DNA of 64,000 nt. It comes from Bispira polyomma (Eukaryota). The DNA lies in NCBI GenBank assembly GCA_965649765.1, contig OZ287751.1:31868001-31932000 (forward strand). Reading direction: 5' to 3'. Position numbers and translations under genes: made by a program. Positions 37,490 through 51,649 of this stretch are shown piece by piece; the stretch's first letter is position 1, and each line of letters starts with the position of its first letter. The notes below the pieces were generated by a model. That model did no database searches and was not told the DNA's origin. It saw only the letters and a program-made list of their open reading frames with translations.

Positions 37490-40332
37490 CACTTATTTTA
37501 AATAAAAAATTGTTTTGATGTTTTGACAATAGCGACGTTTTGTACACCCACTCCAAGATTGGCTTGACATTTTGTCCACCTTTGCAAATTTAACCTGCAT
37601 TTTGTCCACCTGCATTTTGTCTTGAATTCCCATGATATAGCCATCCTCAAAGGAGGTTGTTCTCCAAAAAGGATAGTTCTACAACATAGTTTGGGTCATC
37701 ATAATTAGGAAATGACGTATTCACAACTTGCCCAAGGTTGTTACCGCACCAATGAAGCTGGCGGCATTAGCAAGAGTTGAACTGGAAACCTTCCGATCAC
37801 CAGACAAAGTCGCCCAACCAGGACTCGAACCAGGGACCTTGTGATCAACTGACCAACTCGCTAATCACTAGACCATGGGACACTACAATATATTTTGTTT
37901 GTGTATATAGGCTACAGCAATTGAATATTACATGTGACATTTAGAGTTGGAAAAACAAGATGTTAATATCAAGGGCTATATTCACAAACAATCTCAGAAT
38001 ACAATTCTTGAAATTCTCTTAATCCCAATCAGTCAGATTAATTGAACAAATCTTTTGGGTCAATAAAATTACAAGAGATAGAAGTTTAAGAACTAACATT
38101 ATGATTGCAAATCCGGAACACAAGTTTGAGAGTAAAAGGTTTGACAGCGTCTTAAAAACAATGACTATAATTCTTAAAGCAGAACTTTTCAACAGAAGCC
38201 TAGGGTAAAGAGAACAAATTACCCCCATTGTGGCTTCTCTGTCAGATGGAATAAAACTTTGAATGTATATTTGTTTGCCTTTCCTCAAGGACTTTCCTAT
38301 TCCTAATTATCTGAGATGTGGCGTAAATATGATAGAAATATGAAACAAGAAAAGCCACTACTTCTTTAACCCTATCAGAATTGGGGTGCCATTCTATTTA
38401 TAGGGGAAAATTAGAGAAAATAATGAAAGTGTAATACCAACATGTTGTGTTTCAAACAAACATTATTATTAAATAAAATGTCCACCACTGCTCTCAATTT
38501 GAATTTAATTTATAAGATCATTTCAATGATAAACACTCTCTCTATGATGGCCCATTTCACGATAATTCATGTTTGTCCCAGTTAACCAGGGTAAACAAAC
38601 CAGGGCACAAACCCTTCTGAACATCATGATGGACCTTCGCCATATTGGTTATCGGGGGTTGAGTGACAGGGTGGAGCTACGGTTTCGCAAATCAAGATTT
38701 ACCACAGACAATCAGGTTGTCACATGATCGTTATAAAAGAAGACAGATGTAAAACAGTGACAGCAGAAATGCCACTACCAACCAGGATGAATGAGGGTTA
38801 TGACAACAGTGAGGGAGAGTTTCTCTCAGCATACACAAAATCTCTCACGCAGTAGCTGGCTGGGCATGGATCTTCGGGGAGCTCCAGGGTTTCGCCAGGG
38901 ATTTTTCCACAGTCTTCATGGGCCAGTCAAGGCTATTTACAGTTGTACAAGGTTGAAAAACTGTGAACATCTATCACTGCCCACCTCAAAAAGATCTATT
39001 TTTACACTCCTGTCTGTCAATTTGTTTGTGTGTTGGTTAGTTTCTTTGCAAGATTATGCAAAGATTACCAAAACCCTTTAGACCAAACTTTGTACTATGG
39101 TATGGGCCAAATGAGAAACCATAAAACTTTGGTGCAGATGCGGTAAAATTTAAATGGGAACTGAGTATTTGTTGTATAATAAATATTTACCTTATACATT
39201 CAAGAATGGGTGTTTTGGTAAGACAAGTCATTTACCTACTTTCTAATGTGTTATTAGCTGTTGATACACCTAACATTTATCACTTATATGTTAACACTGA
39301 GACTACAGTTGTTGAGGTTTATTTGTTCAGTGTGTACTTGCTCATTAGGGCCTTTATCTGTGAATTAATGGTTCTAGTCGGATTGGTGGCTAGATTTCTG
39401 TGGTTCAACTATCTCTAGTATATGACTTTAGTGATTGTGATTTCCTGCTTCATACACTGTATAATATTGTGAATTATGGTTATTTCTTGGTTAGGCGGTT
39501 ATTATAATTATTAAAGATAATGTTTGCTGGTTAGATGGCTAGAAAACTAGCTGGATGCACTTGTGTGGTTTACTGACTATGTTACACAGCTGGACTTTGT
39601 GTGTTATATTTTATGTTATATATGTAATGGGGTATTTTATTTTGTAAATTCTGCAACTTTAAACCTCTATACCTGTATACAAACTGCTAACATGTAAAAA
39701 ATAAAATCCTCAAACTATAGTTATACATTTAAAAGATATTGATCTAAATTGGAAACTCTGTTTACAACTAGTACTTGACCATAAAATTGCATTGTCTACA
39801 GTTATTGTCTTTCTTGTCCTTTTTTCTATTTATGTTGTATATACATGTCACTTTGTCCTATTATTGTCAACTCTGTGTGTCTTTTATGTCATTTAATCAT
39901 TGTAAGTATTTAAAAAAAAAATTTAAAAAAGGTAAAACCCCCCCAAAAATCTATTATTTCTTAATGGCTCAAACAGTATTGTTATTATCAAGTGACATTT
40001 ACATTTGCATGGGCATATTTCTCTTGAGTACAGACTGGCCCAATACTAAGTATAAGCACTAATTATATTCTTTTAGAAGGTTGTAATAATCTATATAATC
40101 GGATTGTGGATTATGTACTGTTTCTAAATAGACCACACAATGATAATATTTTGTTGTGTGGGTTATTTATATCGTAACTATGTCACATGCTTGGACATAT
40201 GCTTAGTAATATAAACCTAACTAGTATAAAAGGAGTTTTTTTAGCAGGACAACTCATTGGCTAATTCGTCAGCTAGAAGAACCAACATCAACTGACATAC
40301 ATTTTGTATTGAAAGGCCTTGTTTCCATCAAC

Positions 40333-40689
40333 ATGTCTCTTCTTCAGATCTTGGTCATTGTAGCCGTGGCAAGCTTCACAATCAGTGATGTTGCTGCTAT
40401 TAACTGCTATGTGTGTGTCGCCTGCAGTGACCCTTTTGATCCCACTGCATACACATCCACTGAGTGTGATTCTGGTGTTACTACATGCGTCAAATCTGAG
40501 GTAGAAAATATTGCCAGCAGGTCCTGTGGAGAAGTTGATGCGACCAACACTGGCTGTACCGAGTTCAGCTTCCTTGGTATAGATACAGAGATCTGCTCTT
40601 GTGACACTGATGACTGCAATGGTTCTAGTATGACCACCGCCTCACTCTTGATGGCCTTGGTTCTGGCTCTGATGAAGTTCATGTGGTAA
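40333..40689 (+). CDS. Three-finger GPI-anchored protein, copy 5
   Basis: Intact 118 aa from the ATG at 40333. Variants T87I, L106, V108A. Duplicated tail at 40690-40758 contains an internal TAA. Confidence 0.92.
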   Translation: MSLLQILVIVAVASFTISDVAAINCYVCVACSDPFDPTAYTSTECDSGVTTCVKSEVENIASRSCGEVDATNTGCTEFSFLGIDTEICSCDTDDCNGSSMTTASLLMALVLALMKFMW

Positions 40690-42311
40690 ATAGGACAAGG
40701 ACAAACTGCCTAACTCTGTATGGTCTTGGTTCTGGCTCTGATGAAGTTCATGTGGTAAATCAGGCAAGGACTAGCTGGCACTGACAATAAATTGGAGAAA
40801 TGAAGGACATATGCAAAAAGAACGTTTTCATATTGAAACAAAATAAACAAGTTAACTACAGAGAATGTTTTACGTACATCAGTAAATATATACAGTAGAA
40901 AACTTCTATTAGCCAACCTTCTATTATCCCACCTTTTATTAAAATTAATTATTAAAATTGTTCTTATTGTTTTATAGCTTTATCTTTAATTGCCTCTTCT
41001 ATTAATGAAGTTTCTATTATCCTAACACAATCTTGCTTATCCAACATGTTTGGATAGATAAGGTTTTTCTGTATTTGTATCCATGGTTTTTTTATCGTTA
41101 ATACAAGCAATCTGATCCAATACGTTGGCTATTTATTTAATAAAAATAATTTGTATATTATATACATATAAATCATGTAATCATAATAAAGTTTTGTAAT
41201 TGTATAAATAAATATTGTTTTACGATTAAAAATAAATACAAAAAGACTAACCATAGTTTTATTCCCTCTTTTTTTGACCTTCATATCTCTCGCCTCCTAT
41301 TTTGACCTTTAGGCATCTCTCACTTTTCTAACTAGGGAACTGCTTTGATTAATGTTTTAAAATTTATATGGAAATCTGTGTTCACACTTTTCAATCAAGC
41401 TGTTTACCTTTGAAATGCATTAAATGTTTTGTTTTAATTTTGTCTTTATATATTACCATGTGCTTTGTTGTAAATAAATAAAACAAGTGTAGTCTTTTAA
41501 AAAAATACAGGCGCACAATATGACTGACACCCCTCTGTTTGACTAGGTTGATTGTTTTCTATCAACCCATGAAGGCCTGACATACTATTTCCAACATCTC
41601 TGTTGCCCCGGGTCAATTGCTTCCAACCAGTCCATTAGGGTGTTAAATATTTCCAATGGCCGGACCATTTTCAGAATAAAATCAACATTAGACTGCGCCT
41701 CATAAAAAGAAGATGTCACCACAGTTTTCTGCAATTGGCAACACATTTAGACAGACTAGTTTATCACAGAGATTTGTAGTAGTGCATTTTTAGTTCCAAA
41801 TTGTTACCATTTTATATTGCAAAAAAGGTGTTATTGTTCTTAAGTGGATGTTTTAGTTTGTTGTTACATATAAATAATTTCAGCTTTCGTTTTATCAGGA
41901 TGGTGATGATTTATTCAGATTCATGGTATCCGTTGATTTATGGAGCCCCTATGAAGACATCTATATTTTTTCCCCTTTCTTATTTATTCATGATTACGAA
42001 ATCAATTAAATCATTTCGTGATCACAAGGTGCTTAACAATTGTAATTATTTTGACTGTGTGACAATCTTTAATTGCTGTTTAGTTGTTAGGGTGTAGCTC
42101 TAAAAGATTCACATTTTGGTCAGACAATCATATATCAATTACAGTTAGAATAGATAGTGATGAATTAATATATATATATCAGAATAATCAGATGGAGTTC
42201 TCGCAAGACAATAAGGGGAAATTAAATTGTGAAGGACACATGTACAGTAAAAAATTAAAGACTAAGAATTAACTTCATCATGATTAGGTGATCAAGTCAT
42301 GAAAAAAAGTT

Positions 42312-43275
42312 ACAAAACATTACATTATACGATTTATATAGCGCTTTATTAGGAGGTCTATTCAAAGCGCTCACTGTAGTTCTGATTGAATAAGAACGTT
42401 TTTAGGTTCTTTTTGAAGTCATCGATTTTTCTGAGCTCTGAAGATAAGGAGTTCCAGAATTTGGGTGCAAGCACACTGAATGCTCTTTCACCGTAAAATT
42501 TTGTGTTGTATCTTTTCCCTTTCCGGGTGAACTGTTTTTCAGATCTTAATGATCGATTTGGTGTATACCGCTCCAATAAGGCAGAGAGATAGTCTGGACC
42601 GAGTCTATTTAGCACTTTGAAAACATGTACTAACAAGCTGTTCTAACAATTCTCTCTTTCATTTTGAGCCAGTAAAGTTGTTTTAATATTGGAGTGATGT
42701 GGTTGTATCTACTTGTCCGTGTTGTGAGATGGGCACACATATTCGGAAGTTTCTGTAGTCTATCATTTTGGTAAGCAGGTAAACCGACAAGTAGAAGATT
42801 ACCGTAATCCTTTCTGGAAATTACTAGTGGGTAAACTAAGGTTTGGGTTGCTTCTGGGGTTAGATATGGGCATAAAGCGTGGATGTTCTTGATCTGAAGG
42901 AACGTTTTATTGCAAACTGCAGATATATGTTTGTTAGGATAAGGTGTTCATCAGTAATTACCCCCAGGTTTTTGGGTGATGTACTTAGGTGTATTTCATT
43001 TGACATGTAGGACACAAATTCTGACAGACAGTTTTCAACTGCATCAAAGGTTTACTTTTCTCCCTCAGATGACCTTGGATTGTAGCCTTTATAGATCTGA
43101 CTGTCATCAGCGAACAAGTGGTATGATAAAGAGAAGGATCTTATGAGTTCACCAATAGGACGTGTGTAATAGCTGCATGATGGGGTACCTAGACCTGAGC
43201 CTTGTGGTACACTCCAGCCAAGTTTACATTCTCCTGAGAGAGCACCATTGATGAATACCCTTTTGCCATAGATAA
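42312..43275 (-). mobile_element. Dead L2-clade LINE fragment, unit 5 (one internal deletion)
   Basis: Retains SYHLFADDSQIY and GERAFSVLAPKFWNSL; has only the gtatttcatt|tgacat deletion. Confidence 0.9.
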
Positions 43276-45834
43276 CACTTATTTTAAATAAAAAGTTGTT
43301 TTGCTGTTTTGACAATAGCGACATTTTGTCCACCCACCCCAAGAATGGCTTGACATTTTGTCCACCTTTGCAAATTTAACCTGCATTTTGTCCACCTGCA
43401 TTTTGTCTTGAATTCCCATGATATAGCCATCCTCAAAGGAGGTTGTTCTCCAAAAAGGATAGTTCTACAACATAGTTTGGGTCATCATAATTAGGAAATG
43501 ATGTATTCACAACTTGCCCAAGGTTGTTATCGCACCAATGAAACTGGCGGCATTAGCAAGAGTTGAACTGGAAACCTTCCGATCACCAGACAAAGTCGCC
43601 CAACCAGGAGTCGAACCAGGGACCATGTGATCAACTGACCAACTCGCTAATCACTAGACAATAGGACACTACAATATATTTTTGTTTGTGTATATAGGCT
43701 ATAGCAATTGAATATTACATGTGACATTTAGAGTTGGAAAAACAAGATGTTAATATCAAGGGCTATATTCACAAACAATCTCAGAATACAATTCTTGAAG
43801 TTCTCTTAATCCCAATCAGTCAGATTAATTGAACAAATCTTTTGGGTCAAGAAAATTACAAGAGATAGAAGTTTAAGAAAAAACATTATGACTGCAAATC
43901 TACTTCTTTAACCCCACCAGAATTGGGGTGCCATTCTATTTATAGGGGAAAATTGGGGAAAATAATGAAAGTGTAATACCAACATGATGTGTTTCAAACA
44001 AACATTATTATTAAATAAAAGGTCCACCACTGCTCTCAATTTGAACTTTATTTATAAGATCATTTCAATGATAAACACTCTCTTCATGATTGCCCATTTC
44101 ACGATAATTCATGTTTGTCCCAGTTAACCAGAGTCAACAAACCAGGGCACAAACCCTTCTGAACATCATCATGGACCTACGCCATATTAGTTATCGGGGG
44201 TTGAGTGACAGGGTGGAGCTACGGTTTCGCAAATCAAGGTTTACCACGGACAATCAGGGTGTCACATAAAGTTTATAAAAATGTAAAATGTAAAGCAGTG
44301 ACAGCAGAAATGCTACTACCAACCAGGGTGAATGAGGGTTATGACAACAGTGAGGAAGAGCCTCCCTCAGCATACACAAAATCTGTCACACAGAAGCTGG
44401 CTGGGCATGGATCTTCGGGGGCTCCAGGGTTTCACCAGAAATTTTTTCCACAATTCTCGTGGGCCAGTCAAGGCTATTTACAGTTGTACAACCTCAAAAA
44501 GATCTATGTTTACACTCCTGTCTGTCAATTTGTTTGTGTGTTGGTTAGTTTGTTTGCAAGATTATGCAAAGGTTACCAAAACCCTTTAGACCAAACTTTG
44601 TACTATGCTATTGGCCAAAATGAGAAACCATATAACTTGGGTGCAGATGCGCTAAAATTGATGGGAACTGAATATTTGTTGTATAATAAATATTTACCTT
44701 ATACACTCAAGAATGGGTGTTTTGGTAAAATAAGTCATTTACCTACTTTCTAATGTGTTATTAGCTGTTGATACACCTAACATTTATCACTTATATGTTA
44801 ACACTGAGACTACAGTTGTTGAGGTTTATTTGTTCAGTGTGTACTTGCTCATTAGGGCCTTTATCTGTGAATTAATAGTTCTAGTCGGATTGGTGGCTAG
44901 ATTTCTGTGGTTCAACTATCTCTAGTATATGACTTTAGTGATTGTGATTTCCTGCTTCATACACTGTTTAATATTGTGAATTATGGTTATTTCTTGGTTA
45001 GGCGGTTATTATAATTATTAAAGATAATGTTTGCTGGTTAGATGGCTAGAAAACTAGCTGGATGCACTTGTGTGGTTTACTGACTATGTTACACAGCTAG
45101 ACTTTGTGTGTTATATTTTATGTTATATATGTAATGGGGTATTTTATTTTGTAAATTCTGCAACTTTAAACCTCTATACCTGTATACAAACTGCTAACAT
45201 GTGAAAAATAAAATCCTCAAACTATAGTTATACATTTAAAAGATACTGATCTCAATTCGAGACTCTGTTTACAATTAGTATTTGACCATAAAATTGCAAT
45301 GTCTACAGTTATGGTATTTATTGTCCTTTTTTCCATCTATATTGTATATATATGTCACCTTGTTCTATTATTGTCACCTGTGTGTGTCTTTTATGTCATT
45401 TAATCATTGTAAGTATTTGAAAAAAAAATTTAAAAAGGTAAAAACCAAAGAAAAATCTATTATCTCTTAATTGCTCATACAGTATTGTTATTAAGTGGCA
45501 TTTACATTTGCCTGGACGTATTTCTCTTGAGTACAGATTAGGCCAATACTAAATATAAGCAGTAATTACATTCTTTCAGAATGTTGTAATAATCCATATA
45601 ATCAGATTGTGGATTATGTACCATTTCTAAATAGACCACACAGTGATCATTTTTTGTTGTATGGATTGTTTACATCATAACTATGTCACATGCTTGGACA
45701 TATGCTTAGCATTATAAACCTAACTGGTATAAAAAGAGTTTTTTTAGCAGGGCAACTCATTGGCAAATTCGTCAGCTAGAAGAACCAACATCAACTGACA
45801 TATATTTTTATTCAAAGGCCTTGTTTCCATCAAC

Positions 45835-46191
45835 ATGTCTCTTCTTCAGATCTTGGTCATTGCAGCCGTGGCAAGCTTCACAATCAGTGACGTTGATGCC
45901 ATTACCTGCTATGTGTGCGTCGCCTGCAGTGACCCTTTTGATCCCACTGCATACACATCCATTGAGTGCGATTCTGGTGTTACTACATGCGTCAAATCTG
46001 AGGTAGAAAATATTGCCAGCAGGTCCTGTGGAGAAGCTGATGCCACCAACACTGGCTGTACCGAGTTCAGCTTCCTTGGTATAGATACAGAGACCTGCTC
46101 TTGTGACACTGATGACTGCAATGGTTCTAGTATGACCACCGCCTCACTCTTGATGGTCTTGGTTCTGGCTCTGATGAAGTTCATGTGGTAA
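45835..46191 (+). CDS. Three-finger GPI-anchored protein, copy 6 (chimeric: copy-3-type body, L106 tail)
   Basis: Intact 118-aa ORF. Variants V10A, D21/T24/I43/A68, L106. Duplicated tail follows. Confidence 0.92.
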   Translation: MSLLQILVIAAVASFTISDVDAITCYVCVACSDPFDPTAYTSIECDSGVTTCVKSEVENIASRSCGEADATNTGCTEFSFLGIDTETCSCDTDDCNGSSMTTASLLMVLVLALMKFMW

Positions 46192-48180
46192 ATGGGACAA
46201 GCACAAACCGCCTCACTCTTGATGGTCTTGGTTCTGGCTCTGATGAAGTTCATCTTGTTGATGGGACAAGGATAAGCTGGAACGAACTGACAATGGATTG
46301 GAGAAATAATGGACATTTGCAAAAAGGATAATTTAATATTAAAACCAAATAAACAAGTTTAACTACAGAGAATTTGTTACGTACATCAGTTATTATGTAA
46401 TATTAGTATAGTATTATTGGATAGTCAAGGTTTTGCTGTATTTGTATCATGTTTTTTGTCATTAATACAGGCAATCTGATGCAATACATTAGCTATTTAT
46501 TTATTTGAAGTAATTTGTATATATATATATATAAATATAAATAATGAAATCATAATAACGCTATGTAATTGTACAATTAAATATTCTTTTACAGTTACAA
46601 ATAAAAGCAAAACAAAAATAACTTTAGTTTTATTCCCTCTTCTTCTGACGTTTGACCTTCACATCTCTTACCTTCTTAACTAGGAAACTGCTTTGATTAA
46701 TGCTGGTCACACTGGTCAGCCAAGCTGTTTACTTTAAAAATGCTTTAAATGTTTTGTTTTAATTTTTTTCGTAGTTTATTTCCATGTGCTTTGTTGGAAA
46801 TTAATAAAACAAGTGTTGTCTTTTAAAAAAAGACATTGCTCCACAGTGTGACGAACATCTCAGTTTGGCTAGATCGATTGCTTCCTGCCGAACATAAAGG
46901 CTTTACATATTATTTCCAACATGGCGGCTGTGCCAGATAATATATAAATCTGACATGCCTTGGTTTCACTGGGTCAATTGCTTCCAATGAAGGCATTACC
47001 TATTTCCAACATGGCTGCTCCCTTTTCAGAATAAAATCAACATCAGATTGCGCCTGATAAAAGTAAGGTTATCACAGTCTCTTGCATCTGGTCACCACAT
47101 TGCTTTAGACAGACTAGTTTATCACAGGGATCACCTGGCTTGCTTGTATATGCTAGGTTTTCATTTTAGTTTATCTAAATGGGACTTTAGCATCATGCCT
47201 AAACAATGGGATGTATCATTATGGAATTTTAATTTACTGAAATGAATGTAAAACAAATGTCATAGTGTTATAAATGTTTTCTTTTTTGATAACTTAAACA
47301 AGCGCTTGGATTTGGTTAATCATTGGCTAATCTAGGTCGCAAACTGATATGAGTTATCACATGATACAAGAAGTTTTACCATTAAACAAGGTTAAGTCTA
47401 TCCTCAAATTCTGTGTATGCTATTATTAGTGATGGATGATGTGCAATTATAATCATTCTTTCACAGTGGTTATTAAAACTGTGCTAAATGTATTATGAGT
47501 AGTCTCGAATAGTCCTAAATTAGGTCAAGGGTACACCTTATGTTGTGATAGAGATCACCCAAAGGAAACAAAAAAACCTGTTTTTCTCAGCTATACCTAA
47601 TGGCATAGAACAGTGTGTGTATCCTCAATCTTACATTTAAATGCAAATTTTATTTTTGCCTGACATTTTCTGTAAATATCAAGTTTCTAAATTCTAGAAT
47701 TTACTGCACGGCCATATTGAAAGTACAGGTAGTTCTTTTACTATTAGAGCATTAGGGTTTAATGTTATCGTTAGGTTCAGTATTATGTATTCATACACCA
47801 AATCCAATATGGCCTACCCTGATCAGTACTTTGCCTAATCAAAACCATAGGCTTAACATTTAACACTAATATTTTGTGAGTGTTTGTGTGAATAGGCCGG
47901 ATGTGGCTAGGCAGGTGAATTTAGGTGGGTTTGTAATAGGTGAATCCAAAGATGCGTATGGTTATATGAGATTAAAATATGGATTTGTTTCAGTATGGCT
48001 GTGTATTATATTAGGATGGACAGTTTATTGGTGGAAGAAAGCAATACAGGATAGTTGGTCATAGTGCTTTATAAATCTACAGTAATTGTAATTATAATCT
48101 GCTCTAGGCTAGGCTCTATCAGTAACTTTATCTTTAGTTTGTTTTTGTGTTGCTCTGCTTTAGTTTTGCAGTTTACTGAA

Positions 48181-48264
48181 ATCTGCTTGCTCATTAGGGC
48201 TTTTATGTATCTGCTTGCTAATTAGGGCTTTTATGTATCTGCTTGCTCATTAGGGCCTTCAAGT
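48181..48264. repeat. 28-bp tandem triplication (paralog of 21533-21616)
   Basis: Same three units. Confidence 0.9.
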
Positions 48265-49068
48265 GTAAATTAATGTTTCTGGTCTGATTGGTGGCCACGT
48301 TTATGTGGTTTAACCATCTTTAGTATATACATTACTTCAGTGATGGTAGTTTCCTACTTCATACCCTCTATAGTATTGTGAATTATGGCTGAACTTGCGT
48401 GGTTTACTGACTTAGTGATCTTACATAGCAAGATTTTGTGTGTTTTATTTAATGTTATATATGTAAAAGGATATTTTAAAATTCAAAAATTTGAAATTCT
48501 GCAACTTTACAATAAAATCCTCAAACTATAGTTATACATTTGAAAGATACTGGTCTCAATTCGAAACTCTGTGTACAACTAGTATTTGACCATACAATTG
48601 CAATGTCTACAGTTATTGTCTTTTTTTTGTACTTTTTTTCTATGTATGTTGTTTACACATATCACCTTGTCCTATTATTGTCACCTGTGTGTCTTTTATG
48701 TAATTATTGTAAGTATTTGTAAATTTTTTTTAAAAAAAGGTAAAAAGCAAAAAGACAATTTGAGTACAGACTGGCCTAATACTAAGTATAAGCACTAATT
48801 ATATTCCTTTAGAAGGTTGTAATAATCCATATAATCGGATTGTGGATTATGCACTGTTTCTTAATAGACCACACAATGATAATCTTTTGTTGTGTGGATT
48901 GTTTATATCGTGACTATGTCACATGCTTGGGCATATGCTTGGTATTATAAAGCTAATTGGTATAAAAGGAATTTTTTTAGCAGGACAACTTATTGGCTAA
49001 TTCGTCAGCTAGAAGAACCGACATCAACTGACATACATTTTGTATTTAAAGGCCTTGTTTCCATCAAC

Positions 49069-49425
49069 ATGTCTCTTCTTCAGATCATGGTCATTGTAGC
49101 CGTGGCAAGCTTCACAATCAGTGATGTTGCTGCTATTAACTGCTATGTGTGTGTCGCCTGCAGTGACCCTTTTGATCCCACTGCATACACATCCACTGAG
49201 TGTGATTCTGGTGTTACTACATGCGTCAAATCTGAGGTAGAAAATATTGCCAGCAGGTCCTGTGGAGAAGTTGATGCCACCAACACTGGCTGTACCGAGT
49301 TCAGCTTCCTTGGTATAGATACAGAGACCTGCTCTTGTGACACTGATGACTGCAATGGTTCTAGTATGACCACCACCTCACTCTGTATGGTCTTGGTTCT
49401 GGCTCTGATGAAGTTCATGTGGTAA
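49069..49425 (+). CDS. Three-finger GPI-anchored protein, copy 7
   Basis: Intact 118 aa from the ATG at 49069. Variants L7M, A103T, C106. The ORF-track start at 48892 is a chance upstream extension. Confidence 0.92.
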   Translation: MSLLQIMVIVAVASFTISDVAAINCYVCVACSDPFDPTAYTSTECDSGVTTCVKSEVENIASRSCGEVDATNTGCTEFSFLGIDTETCSCDTDDCNGSSMTTTSLCMVLVLALMKFMW

Positions 49426-50961
49426 ATCAGACAAGCACAAGCTGGCACTGACAATAAATTGGATAAATGAAGGACATATGCAAAAAAAAAAACATTTTCA
49501 TATTGAAACAAAATAAACAAGTTAACTACAGAGAATGTTTTACGTACATCAGTAAATATATGCAGTAGAAAACTTCTATTATCCAACCTTCTATTATCCC
49601 ATCTTTTATTAAAATTAATTATTAAAATTGTTCCTATTGTTTTGGAGCTTTATCTTTAATTGTCTCTTCTATTAATGAATTTTCTATTATCCTAACACAA
49701 TCTTGCTCTTTCTAACATGTTTGGATAGACAAGGTTTTTTCTGTATTTGTATCCATGGTTTTTTTGTCGTTAATACAAGCAATCTGATCCAATACATTGG
49801 CTATTTATTTAATAAAAATAATTTGTATCTGTATATTATATATATATAAATCATGTAATCATAATAAAGTTTTGTAATTGTATAAATAAATATTGTTTTA
49901 CGGTAAAAATAAATACAAAAAGACTAACCATAGTTTTATTCCCTCTTCTTTTGACCTTCATATCTCTCGCCTCATATTTTGACCTTTAGGCATCTCTCAC
50001 TTTTCTAACTAGAGAACTGCTTTGATTAATGCTTTAAAATTTATATGGAAATCTGTGTTCACACTTTTCAATCAAGCTGTTTACCTTTAAAATGCATTGA
50101 ATGTTTTGTTTTAATTTTGTCTTTATATATTACCATGTGCTTTGTTGTAAATAAATAAAACAAGTGTTGTCTTTTAAAAAAAGACTGGCGCACAATGTGA
50201 CTGACACCCCTCTGTTTTACTAGGTTGATTGTTTTCTATCAATCCGTGAATGTCAATTGTTTCCAACCAGTCCACTAGGGCGTTAAATATTTCCAACATG
50301 GCCGGACCATTTTCAGAATAAAATCAACGTCAGACTGTGCCTGATAAAAAGAAGATGTCACCACAGTTTTCTGCAATTGTCACCACATTTAGACAAACTA
50401 GTTTATCACAGAGATTTTTAGTAGTACATTTTTAGTTCCAAATTGTTACCATTTTTATATTGCAAAAAGGGTGTTATTATTTTTAAGTGGATGTTTTAGT
50501 TTGTTGTTACATATAAATAATCGTACATTTCAGCTTTCGTTTTACCAGAATGGTGATGATTTAATCAGATTCATGGTATCCGTTGATTTATGGAGCCCCT
50601 ATGAAGACATCTATATTTTTTCCCCTTTCTTATTTATTCATGATTACGAAATCAATTAAATCATTTCGTGATCACAAGGTGCTTAACAATTGTATTTATT
50701 TTGACTGTGTGACAATCTTTAATTGCTGTTTAATTGTTAGGGTGTAGCTCTAAAAGATTCACATTTTGGTCACACAGTCATATATCAATTACAGTTAGAA
50801 TAGATAGTGACGAATTAATATATATATATCAGAATAATCAGATGGAGTTCTCGCAAGGCAATAAGGGGGAATAAAATTGTAAAGGACACATGTACAGTAA
50901 AAAATTAAAGACTAAGAATTAACTTGATCATGATTAGGTGATCAAGTCATGAAAAAAAGTT

Positions 50962-51649
50962 ACAAAACATTACATTATACCATTTATATAGCGCTTTATT
51001 AGGAGGTCTATTCAAAGCGCTCACTGTAGCTCTGATTGAATAAGAATATTTTTAGGTTCTTTTTGAAGTCATCGATTTTTCTGAGCCCGGAAGATAAGGA
51101 GTTCTACAATTTGGGTGCAAGCACACTGAATGCACTTTTACCGTAAAATTTTGTGTTGTATCTGTTCCCTTTTAAGGTGAACTGTCTTTCTGGAAATTAC
51201 TAGTGGGTAAACTAAGGTTTGGGTTGCTTCTGTGGTTAGATATGGGCATAAAGCGTGGATGTTCTTGATCTGAAGGAACGTTTTATTGCAAACTGCAGAT
51301 ATATGTTTGTTAGGATAAGGTGTTCATCAGTAATTACCCCCAGGTTTTTGGGTGATGTACTTAGTTGTATTTCATTTGACATGCAGGACACAAATTCTGA
51401 GACAGTTTTCAACTGCATCAAAGGTTTACTTTTCTCCCTCAGATGACCTTGGATTATAGCCTTTATAGATCTGACTGTCATCAGTGAACAAGTGGTATGA
51501 TAAAGAGAAGGATCTTATGAGTTCACCAATAGGACGTGTGTAATAGCTGCATGATGGAGTACCTAGACCTGAGCCTTGTGGTACACTCCAGCCAAGTTTA
51601 CATTCTCCTGAGAGAGCACCATTGATGAATACCCTTTTTCCATAGATAA
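50962..51649 (-). mobile_element. Dead L2-clade LINE fragment, unit 7 (same two deletions as units 3 and 4)
   Basis: Shared deletion junctions. Confidence 0.88.

Noticed and set aside
48892-49068. N-terminal extensions of copies 1, 5 and 7 in the ORF track
   Set aside because: They begin at TTG/GTG codons, are not shared among copies and would bury the signal peptide. The aacATG start is common to all nine.
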